This document shows positions 23,319-32,000 of a stretch of 32,000 bases of DNA, piece by piece. Both the position numbers and the translations under genes were made by a program. Under the pieces are notes generated by a model. That model was not told the DNA's origin and made no database searches. It saw only the letters and a program-made list of their open reading frames with translations. Position 1 is the stretch's first letter. Each line of letters starts with the position of its first letter. The stretch comes from Wallemia ichthyophaga EXF-994 (Eukaryota; Fungi; Basidiomycota), in NCBI RefSeq assembly GCF_000400465.1, contig NW_008806283.1, forward strand, positions 300,001-332,000, read 5' to 3'.

Positions 23319-23556
23319 AAGTTCAGACATCCAAGGAAGTATTTTGGCCCTCAATGAACCTGAGTGGGAGTTCACTTGACTACGATTTTACACTGCAAGC
23401 AGCGCCTACATCTCTGCCAAAGCCTTTTGGGTTCAACTTTGGCTTATGAGTTGAAGGAGTAGCAATCAAGGAACTCGACCACCTTAACCGAGGTGCGACC
23501 CCCGGCGATTCTAGAGTGGAAACTGCGACGTGGAAACGAAATGTTTCATCAGGTTG
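23319..23556 (-). ncRNA. snR128: U14 box C/D snoRNA
   Basis: Box C TGATGA at 23551-23546. Domain A TCGCAGTTTCCAC (23528-23516) is complementary to the conserved 18S GTGAAACTGCGA. Domain B CTTCCTTGGATGT directly precedes box D CTGA (23326-23323) and is a perfect complement to the conserved 18S ACATCCAAGGAAG; the D+5 rule gives the C equivalent to yeast Cm414. Terminal stem CACACAA/TTGTGTG. Confidence 0.92.
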
Positions 23557-23661
23557 TGTGGGTGTAGATGGTTGAGTAAGGAATGCTTTCAACTCACCTA
23601 AAATTTTCGTTAGCGCTGAGGAATTCCATCGCCCACAACACACAACACTATCACCCAAACT

Positions 23662-23812
23662 AAGTATCAGTAATGACCAGGCTGGCAAGCCTTTAAAGTG
23701 CATCTGCGAGCAAGCTCACACCGCTGTCCAACAATCCAGCGACGGATGTTGGCTTAATTGCTTCAGCATAGTCGCGTAAGACGGGGATAAGAAGTAAAGG
23801 TCATCATTTGGT
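23662..23812 (-). ncRNA. snR190: snR190-like box C/D snoRNA
   Basis: Box C ATGATGA at 23807-23801 and box D CTGA at 23670-23667. CTTCTTATCCCCG after box C is complementary, with one bulge, to the conserved 25S CGGGGAAAGAAG. CTTGCCAG near the 3' end can pair with 25S domain I TTGGCGAG. It lies directly upstream of U14, the arrangement known from the yeast snR190-U14 cluster. Confidence 0.68.
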
Positions 23813-23906
23813 AGTGTGGGTGTGTATTTGTTATGTGTGTGGTGCGCTATTCCACTCACTCTACTTGATCGTTGGGTTGCAAGAAGCAAATTTGGAAGAA
23901 GAGCAA

Positions 23907-23913
23907 TTTTATA
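23907..23913 (-). promoter_or_regulatory. Putative TATA box of the snoRNA host transcript
   Basis: TATAAAA on the minus strand, 47 nt upstream of the first donor, which leaves room for a first exon of about 20 nt. Confidence 0.5.
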
Positions 23914-24172
23914 GCCTAGTGAAAATCTTCTATAAGCACATTTGTGGGTGTTTTAAGTGTATTTAAGATTACAAAGGCATAGGAATTCATATAAAGCAAT
24001 TTTAACATTCAATTTGCGTGTTTTTAGTTGATATTTGGTGTGATATTGATAAGGATAGAACAAGAGGGAAGATGAATCAAGTTGATGATTGTATGCGTTG
24101 GACAGTTTATTTGATACATTTACAAGCTTATTACTACCTTTCTACCAAAACATCCATCACGCTGTCGATCGA

Positions 24173-25084
24173 ATGCCTCCAACACGACGGACTAATGCTA
24201 TACCCAGTACGAGCAGCAGTACGAGCAGCAGCAGTACAAGCAACCGACAGCGACCTTCTACACGTATAACGCTTGATAGTGACGATGATATGGACTATAG
24301 TAATAGCAATAACCGCAATAGCCACAGCAACCACAGCGACCGCAATAACAACGACGACGAAGTTCAATTCAGATCAGCAAGGCGTCTACGTGGTATCGAT
24401 AATGGTATCCTTGTCAATCAAACGCAGCCACCCCAGCAACCAGCAAACGTATCGCACTCACTGCCTGCACGGCCTATAAGGCCACGCACTGCAAGTTACC
24501 CTAACAATCCATTCATCCGTCACCCACGCCATCATCCACATTCAACGCATTTCCTCGCAATGACAGAAATGGGTGCGTTGCGTATATTGCACGATAGCAT
24601 GCCAAACAATCGTCCTATGATGGGTAGAGGTTGGGATGGACTAGGATTAGATGGTGTAGACGCCCGCATTCGACAACGCTATCATCAATTAGATATACCC
24701 CTCCATCAGATCGGTTTCGGTGGTGTGTATCACCCGCATATGGTCCAGCCTGTGAAACATAGTTATAGTACTAAGCTCAGCCATCCCAGGAAATGGCCGG
24801 GGTTTTCTCAAAACGGTGGTCCTAATGTTCGGTCGAGATTAATCCTCGACGCGGCTTCTGATAGACAACTGACTATACACGGAGAAGGCGATAACGCACT
24901 TTATGCTCTTAGATGTGGGCATGTTATAGATGGTAATACACATCACAATCTCATCGAGAATAACGTCATTCCTAAGAAACGGAAGACTAGTAAGAGGAAA
25001 TATTGCTTTGTTTGCCCCGTGGCAAGCTGTAATGCAGAACACACGCAAGAACCTGGATTAGATGCTATACGGTTGTGGACTTAG
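24173..25084 (+). CDS. Low-complexity protein with a SIM-like motif and a C-terminal degenerate RING; possibly a SUMO-targeted ubiquitin ligase subunit (Rfp/Slx5-like)
   Basis: The likely start is MPPTRR at 24173 within ORF 24089..25084. It has a SIM-like RITLDSDDD and a C-terminal ALRCGHVIDG...CPVASC. The family assignment is inference. Confidence 0.5.
   Translation: MPPTRRTNAIPSTSSSTSSSSTSNRQRPSTRITLDSDDDMDYSNSNNRNSHSNHSDRNNNDDEVQFRSARRLRGIDNGILVNQTQPPQQPANVSHSLPARPIRPRTASYPNNPFIRHPRHHPHSTHFLAMTEMGALRILHDSMPNNRPMMGRGWDGLGLDGVDARIRQRYHQLDIPLHQIGFGGVYHPHMVQPVKHSYSTKLSHPRKWPGFSQNGGPNVRSRLILDAASDRQLTIHGEGDNALYALRCGHVIDGNTHHNLIENNVIPKKRKTSKRKYCFVCPVASCNAEHTQEPGLDAIRLWT
24205..24243 (+). repeat. 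Short 12-bp coding tandem repeat (CAGTACGAGCAG, about 3 copies) encoding a Ser/Thr run
   Basis: Two exact copies, a CAG insert, then one degenerate copy. Confidence 0.8.
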
Positions 25085-25151
25085 ATAATAAAATAATTTA
25101 ATTTGCATTGTTCTTAAATATACAGCATCACGATTGTAATATCTCAAGGAT

Positions 25152-25705
25152 ATGCCAACTTGTGAGATAATAAGCGATTGTAGAACTGTACACCACTCTA
25201 AATCCCCTTCAGTCCAATCAAAACCATATCGACAATCACGGGCAACTTCAGCCATCAATAACACCCTACGCAGGCATCCATTCGTAACATTTGGATTGCC
25301 ATTCATTACAATAATGGTTGTTGCTTCGTTTGGCATGTCTACATTCACTCAAACTAAGTATGACAGAGCAGATGGTAAAGTGAAGGAGGTAAGTTGTGCG
25401 GGAGTTATAAATCATACGCTTAACACAAATGCACATACAGCTAGATAAGAAGGAAGCGCTGCAGATTCAAAAGGGGAAAAAGCCTGTGGATTTACGTGAG
25501 GAGTACTTTGTGAGTACAAGTCTCGTGAAAGATTCTCGCAGCCAACACACAAACAGAGACTACAATCAAAGCAAGGAGACCTGGATAATTGGGAGAACAA
25601 GCGAATACGCGTAGGTGTTAGGCGTACTGTGTTGTACACCCACTCACACTCCCACAGAGAGATATCGCTGGATTGGACGAATGGAATATGCCTCTGCAAA
25701 AGTGA
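25152..25705 (+). CDS. COX16: Cytochrome c oxidase assembly protein Cox16, 5 exons (introns 25162-25212, 25389-25440, 25510-25556, 25611-25657)
   Basis: The spliced product is MPTFQSKPY...RRHPFVTFGLPFITIMVVASFGMSTFTQTKYD...DLREEYFRLQ...DNWENKRIR. The last exon is less certain. Confidence 0.85.
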
Positions 25706-25801
25706 GCTTATTGTTATGTACAACACTCTCAATGAAAATTATACTTTTTTTTAGGACTTGTGCCCCGAATCACCCTTTCTTCATCTAAACGGCCAAGAAG
25801 A

Positions 25802-26745
25802 ATGTCACCAATTGGGGAAAAGGGCAAGGAGAGTGGTACAGCGAGAGTACTTGGATCTGGTACTTCTGGTATCGCAGAGTTAATGGTATTTCACCCAATA
25901 GACACCATAGCTAAGCGTTTAATGACAAACCAAGTAAACGGTTCAAACATCAAAGACGTCATTTTCAAGCAACATGCTACTTCTCCTGCACTCACAAAGG
26001 CTCTGTCTCTCTTCCCTGGCTTGGGTTACGCTGCAGGCTACAAGGTCGCTCAGCGCGTGTACAAATTTGGTGGCCAGCCTTACTTTAATGACATTCTTAA
26101 CTCTCGCTATGGCTCCTTCTTTAACTCTATCTTTGGTGACAGAAACGCCAAAGCAATCATGTCCGCTTCCGCTGGTTCGTTGACCGGTATTGGTGAAGTC
26201 GTCCTCTTGCCACTCGACGTACTCAAGATTAAACGCCAAACCAACCCTGAGTCTTTCAAGGGTAGAGGTATCGTCAAAATTGTCGCAGATGAAGGTTTCG
26301 GTTTGTATAGAGGCTGGGGCTGGACAATGGCTAGAAACGCGCCAGGCTCTTTCGCCCTTTTCGGTGGTAGCGCTGTCACCAAAGGCTACATATTTGGTTT
26401 GGAAGATTACAGCAAAGCTACTTTCTACCAAAACTTCTTTTCTGTGAGTGAAATTACAGTGTAGCGTAGGTGAGACATTCTAACACACTCTCTTAGTCCA
26501 TCGGTGGTGCTGTATCTTCCATCACTGTCGCTGCTCCACTCGACGTCGTCAAAACTCGTATTCAACAGGCTAACTTTGACTCAAAGACTTCAGGTGCTAC
26601 CGTCATCAAAGACATAATCAAGAACGAAGGTCCTACAGCCTTCTTCAAGGGTCTCACTCCAAAGATTCTCGTCGTCGGTCCTAAACTCGTATTCAGTTAC
26701 ACGCTCGCGCAAACATTGATCCCTGCATTCGGTAAATACTTTTAG
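25802..26745 (+). CDS. GGC1: Mitochondrial GTP/GDP carrier, 2 exons (intron 26444-26496)
   Basis: ESGTARVLGSGTSGIAELMVFHPIDTIAKRLM plus three carrier signatures (HPIDTIAKR, LPLDVLKIK, APLDVVKTR). It ends KLVFSYTLAQTLIPAFGKYF. Confidence 0.93.
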
Positions 26746-26918
26746 ATTGAGTATATATCCACGTCATCTCCATTTTTTCCGATAACACAAAAATGTATTC
26801 TAATAGAGTATAGTAGATTAATTAAGGGTTTTGTGAAAATGTGAAAATTTATCAAATCATTTTTATGACTACATGACAAGGGATTTTATTTACTTATTAA
26901 TTTAGTAAATGTCTATTT

Positions 26919-28672
26919 TTATGCACCACCCGCACCCATCGATTGAGCAAGTGGACCAAGTTTGGCTGCAGCGTTAGGGTGGTTCTTGATGAAATGAGCT
27001 TGTGCTCTAGTTGCCTTTTCGTATGTGATAGCATTAACTAATTCAGGTTCAGTGCGTGAAACTTGAGCGGATTTCTCAAATGCTTCGATAGCTTCATCTA
27101 TTTTACCCTGTTGAAGACATAATTGCGCCAGTGTACCAATAGCGACATCGTTCTCTGGATCACTTGTGACAGCTTGTCTGACTAATGACTCAGCAGTGTT
27201 GAAATCTTGCTTCCATTGGAAGATGGCTAATGCTTTGTTGATCTTTGGGAGGACGTTGACAGGATATCTATCCATATCCAACTCAATTGCCTTATCGAAT
27301 TTCTCAACAGCTTCTTCGAATTTCCCTTGGTCCATTAACAGCTCACCGTAGTAAGTGTATACATCTGATTTATGAGGGAATTTATTGATTGATGTTCTAA
27401 ATATTGCCATCGCTTTACCGATATTACCATTCTTGTAGTGTGCAACGGCGAGTTGAATCTGAGCGAGTGGGAAAGAGTCGTCAATCTCTACAGATTTTTC
27501 ATAGTTTTCTATAGCTTTGTTGAAATCTGAAAGAATGAAGTATACTTGTCCACGGTGATAGTAAGCATCAGCATCTTGAGGATTCTTTTCAATGGCAGTA
27601 TCGAATGCCTTGAAAGCAGCTTGCGGGTTGGCAAGTTCCATATAGACGCTAGCAGCTTTAACCCAAGATTGAGAGAAATGTGGGGATAACTCAACAGACT
27701 TTTCAAGATCAGCTATGGCTTTGATTGGGTTGTTGAGAAGGAAGTAGAATGTACCACGAAGGTTCAAAGCTTCAGCTTCTAATTGAGTGTTTGAGACACC
27801 CTTGATCAGAGATTGTTCCACCTTTTCTTTGGCTAAATTGAAGTCTTTAGCGTCTGCAGCTTTGAGAGCGTCTGCGAGATCCAAGTCACCTGCACTGGCG
27901 CCTTCAGGAATGGAAGTAGGAGTGCGTTCTCTGAAAGCGTTGAGGTAAGCCTGGATGAAAGAGATTTGAGGAAGTTTTTCACCGCGAGACTGGAAGAAGA
28001 GTGGGGTGAGTGGGGCGTGTATGAGTGGATGAAATAGCTCACCTGTAAGACAGACTTTGCTTGAGTCTCTGCTAACTTCTTCAACACCCTTTCAACAGAT
28101 TTAGCAGCGCTATCGTTACGGAATTGATCAATAATGGTAGCAGCTGTGAAATCGTTGAGAGCGTCATTAAGGTTGCCGAGTTGTTCGAAAGCCTGAGCGC
28201 GTCTGTTTAAGGCTTTAACATATTCGCTGTCTAGTTTCAAGGCTTCGTTGCAATCATCGATGACTTTGTTGTAATCGCCGAGGTTGTTATAACAAGCAGC
28301 TCTATTGGAGTAAAAAACAGCTTCAGGCTTTGTAGATGACTCAATTGCCTTTGAGTAGTTTATAGCGGCTTCGTTCCACTGATGCTGCTGATATTGCTTG
28401 TTTCCCTTTGATTTGAAGTCTTGTGCGACGCTGTCTCTGTCTTGAGGGGAAAGCTCTTCTAAGAGTGGGGAAGGTGCATCAGTGCTGCTCTTCTTGCTCT
28501 TCTTACTCTTCTTCTTCTTCTTCTGTGTTGAAGCTGATGCCGTGGCTGGTGCGATTGCTGCCGATGAATAATAATAACTTGCCGCTGCACCACCAACAAA
28601 TGTCACAGCCGTTGCTGCAATTATTAGATTCTTATTCTTTGCTGCCCAGTCTGCCAGTTTATAAGTACTCAT
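26919..28672 (-). CDS. TOM70: Mitochondrial import receptor Tom70 (N-terminal anchor plus TPR repeats), 2 exons (intron 28042-27990)
   Basis: Hydrophobic anchor followed by a KKKKKSKK stretch, the TPR clamp FKSKGNKQY...FYSNRAACY...YVKALNRRA, and C-terminal TPRs. A 53-nt intron restores the frame. Confidence 0.93.
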
Positions 28673-29058
28673 GACTGCTTGGATTTGAGAAGTTTAGCCT
28701 CATAAATTTTGGTAGTAATCGTTGCTACTAAAATTCAAGTCTAATCACTTGAATTGATTTATTTTCTGTTGTCTACTCTATTTCGCCGGATTCGTTAGTC
28801 AATTCTTGCGTATACTTCAACTTTGGCCCTTTTCTAAATTAACTTGTATTTTCTATTTTAATTTCTCACTTTATAAATATCCCTTGACATCTTCCATCGA
28901 TTCCCCCAGTCTAGACTCTGATAGACCCCTCTGTCAATTACGGCGATCATTGGGAATTTTATTATTTGGAAATCTGGAATTTGAAATAAATCTATAATTA
29001 TTCTGTCTACAGATTCAAATTCTACGCATTCTCAGCCATACAGACGTATTTATCTCGT

Positions 29059-32000
29059 ATGACGACGACAACGACGACCCAGCAGCAGCAGCGAGAGCAG
29101 CACACGCAGCAAGCACAGCAGCCACAGCAACCACCTCCAAACACACCTGCCCAACCCTCCCACACCCACTCACGCCCATCCACCAAAGCCAGAATGCTTG
29201 GAGATTACGTTCTCGGTAAAACCCTGGGCGCTGGCTCTATGGGCAAAGTCAAGATTGGTGTACACGTCCTTACCGGCGAGAAAGTCGCTATTAAGATTAT
29301 ACCACGCTTCACTTCCACAAACGCTCTAAATTCAATCCCTCCAAATCAGCCAAAACCTACTCAATCCTTTATCAACAAAGCTCACAACAAAGATCTCTCC
29401 AAGGAAGTTAGAACGGTAAGAGAAGCCTCTATTTGTCTCCTCCTCTTTCACCCTTTCATTTGCGGTATGAGAGAAATGTCCGTTTACTCACAACATTACT
29501 ACATGCTCAACGAATTCGTCAATGGCGGTCAAATGCTTGATTACATCATCTCACACGGTAGACTTAAAGAGAGAAGTGCACGTTCTTTCGCCAGGCAAAT
29601 CTCTTCTGCACTTTCCTACTGCCACGCTAACTCCATCGTTCATCGTGATCTCAAAATTGAGAACATCCTCATTTCCAAAACTGGTAATATTAAAATTATC
29701 GACTTTGGCTTGAGCAATATCTGGTCCCCACATTCAAATCTCAACACTTTCTGTGGCTCTCTATACTTTGCCGCTCCCGAACTCCTTAACGCTCGCGCTT
29801 ACTCGGGTCCTGAAGTTGACATTTGGAGTTTCGGTATTGTTTTATACGTTTTGGTCGCCGGGAAAGTTCCGTTCGATGACCAGTCGATGCCTGCCTTGCA
29901 CGCAAAGATTAAACGTGGTCATGTTGATTATCCTGCGTGGTTGAGTACAGGTACGTTGCAAATTTTCTTATCTCACTTCTTTCACTCCTCTCTAACTCCT
30001 CTTAGAATGCAAATCTCTGCTATCTTCCATGTTGGTGACAAACCCTCTCCTGCGCGCTTCATTGAATCATGTCTCACATCACCCTTGGATGATTAAAGGT
30101 CATTCCGGGCCCCCGCACTCCCACATTCCTCCTCGCCAGCCCCTTCGCCCTGATATCACGTTCGACCCTCAAGTCATCAAAGGCATGATGGGCTTTGAGT
30201 TTGGTAATGAATATGAAATAGAGCATAAATTGCGCCAAGTTCTCAACTCCCCTGCATATCTCAACTCTCTTGCCGAATGGGACAAGAAAAATCTCAAGAC
30301 ATCTTATAAGTCTGATCCAGAGTTGAATAACTATAACAATGATTTGAACGCGCAAATTCAGCATACTCCACACCATCACCGTAGATTCTCTCAGCAACTC
30401 AACAACAATGTGGAGAAGGATCTACCGACATCAATAAGTGCAGACAACACTCAGCGAACATCGAGATTATCCAAGAGATTTTCCGGTTTAGATTTCTACA
30501 AGCGCAAAATCGCTGGCACATCAATCGCAAATGCCTTTACATCAATCAATGACCAGACACAAATCGGCGAAAAGGAGAAAGAACCTAAGTATGACACATC
30601 CAAACCATACCTAAATCCCACGCAGGGGTTCCATCCACTGTGGGTGAACGATAAGAAAACGTTGATACAACACTAACGAATAGCAGCATCTCCATATATT
30701 TTCTCGTCAGTGAGAAACAGCAACGCGACAAAAATTTCGGTCCTGGCTTGTTCGCCAGCTCACAGGTATCGTTAGCGACGATGGCGAACCAAGCACACGC
30801 GCAAGTGCACAGTCCCGTTACCCCGTCTGATCACAGTGTATATGCGCAATATGAGCGCAATCGCCCGCCTCCACCTGTAGCGCCCATACCTCTTCCTCTT
30901 TCGCAATCCGACGAAGAAGGTATGCGGCGATCGACGAGCAATAGCAGCATGATGCCAGTCGCTCGCCAGCGCCTGTCGAGCACAAACAGTCGAGCGCGTC
31001 CTTTAACGATATCGGAATATACCCAGGGCACTAACGCCAACGCCGACCATAATACGCACCAACAGCACCAGCAACTGTATGGCCAGTATAGCCAGTATGG
31101 CCAGTATAATAATTACAGTCAGTACCCCCCAGCGCAACAACCGACGCCTGTTCCCAATCGCGTAACTAGCAACATGCACGGGAGTGGGAGTGGGGGTGTG
31201 AATGGGAGTGCAAATGCAAGTACAAATGCGTCAACAGTAGTACGCTCGCCCAGCTCCCCAGCGATGAACAATTCGCGACAGCATACACGCGCGCGTGCGA
31301 ATCCATTGGATGTTGGTACCGCAGCACCTATTCAGCCGCCTCCACCCGTGCGTGATGGGAAGGATTATCCTCTTCCACCACCTGCAGCGTCTGCACACAG
31401 ACGGTCACATTCTCTCAGTCAGAAACCGGAGATGTCGCCGCCACTCCCTCCTGCTAATAGTAGTGCAAATGGTAATACTAGTGCCAACGCTAGTGCTAAT
31501 GCTTCCTCTGCCTCGGGTGCCGGGGCGCCAATGTCGACTATCAATGAGCCAGACACGTCTAGCACGGCTGCTACTACTAATGGGACTGCTAATGGTGTCG
31601 CTAATGCACCTACTCATGCGAATGGAAAGGGAGGGATAGCGCACAAATTCACCTCGTTCCTCCATCGTCAATCGTCACACGAGTGCGCACCGGGCGATAT
31701 TCCGCGACAGAGAGTGAACAGCACGAACAGCTACAGAACGGCGAACCGCCTGAGCATGCTCACCAAAAGCAGTAGCAAGGATAGGGAGGGTTTGAAGGAG
31801 AAGGCGCACAACGATGCAGTGAACAAGCTCGAAGGTGGATCGCATGGAAATGGAAACAGCAATGCACACAGTAATGGCCATCACTCACCGAACGGCCACC
31901 GCCGTGCTTATACGGTGTCTGAGCAGAAAAGGGAGCACAAATCAGCGCCAGTGCACCACGATCGCACTCTGTCTTCAGGTCAGCCTAAAGCTACGACGGG
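29059..32000 (+). CDS. KIN1: Kin1/Par-1/MARK-family Ser/Thr kinase, 3' end beyond the window (introns 29951-30005, 30640-30686)
   Basis: [43 protein letters not shown] and [13 protein letters not shown]. Splicing restores [14 protein letters not shown], and the frame appears to stay open to the window end. Confidence 0.93.

Larger units (their letters stand above)
23260..23880 (-). ncRNA. Non-coding snoRNA host transcript with two contiguous introns (23859-23598 and 23597-23260); ends approximate
   Basis: TATAAAA at 23913-23907; donor GTGAGT at 23859; branch GCTAAC at 23614-23609 with acceptor TTTTAG ending 23598, followed directly by donor GTGAGT at 23597; branch TACTAAC at 23277-23271 with acceptor TAG ending 23260. 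Each intron contains one C/D snoRNA. Confidence 0.75.

Noticed and set aside
23313-23330. ACAAAAGTTCAGAC resembling RNase P CR-V, and nearby GGAA tetraloops resembling SRP RNA
   Set aside because: There is no matching CR-I or helix-8 motif. These strings are the reverse complements of U14 box D and domain A.
23380-23703. 107-aa minus-strand ORF from the track
   Set aside because: It overlaps the snR190-like RNA, the splice junction and U14, and resembles no protein family. Treated as a chance ORF.
25152-26745. Possible COX16-GGC1 fusion protein via the 25702-25754 intron
   Set aside because: The spliced frame stops at 25788 and is not the GGC1 frame.

Overview
Gene-dense fungal nuclear DNA with very short intergenic gaps and many 44-57 nt introns. 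The compactness and protein styles suggest a basidiomycete such as Wallemia (inference only). The window holds about 16 recognisable or probable housekeeping genes: ILV1 (partial), a delta-12 desaturase, a cytochrome c heme lyase, DAK1, GAL7, LCB3, an RRN5-like gene, MEC1/ATR, pyruvate kinase, SAS10, NDUFS5, a SIM/degenerate-RING protein, COX16, GGC1, TOM70 and KIN1 (partial). There is also one unresolved probable small gene at 6.4-7.1 kb. The most interesting element lies in the apparent intergenic gap at 23.2-23.9 kb. It is a minus-strand non-coding host transcript carrying an snR190-like box C/D snoRNA and U14 in two back-to-back spliceosomal introns that meet at an AG|GTGAGT junction with no exon between them. 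A second candidate regulatory element is the pyruvate kinase leader, where the ATG is split by an intron and a competing distal donor sits in an inverted repeat upstream of a uORF. No mobile elements, tRNAs, rRNAs or CRISPR arrays are supported. Intron boundaries were inferred by hand from splice motifs and protein continuity, not from transcript data.
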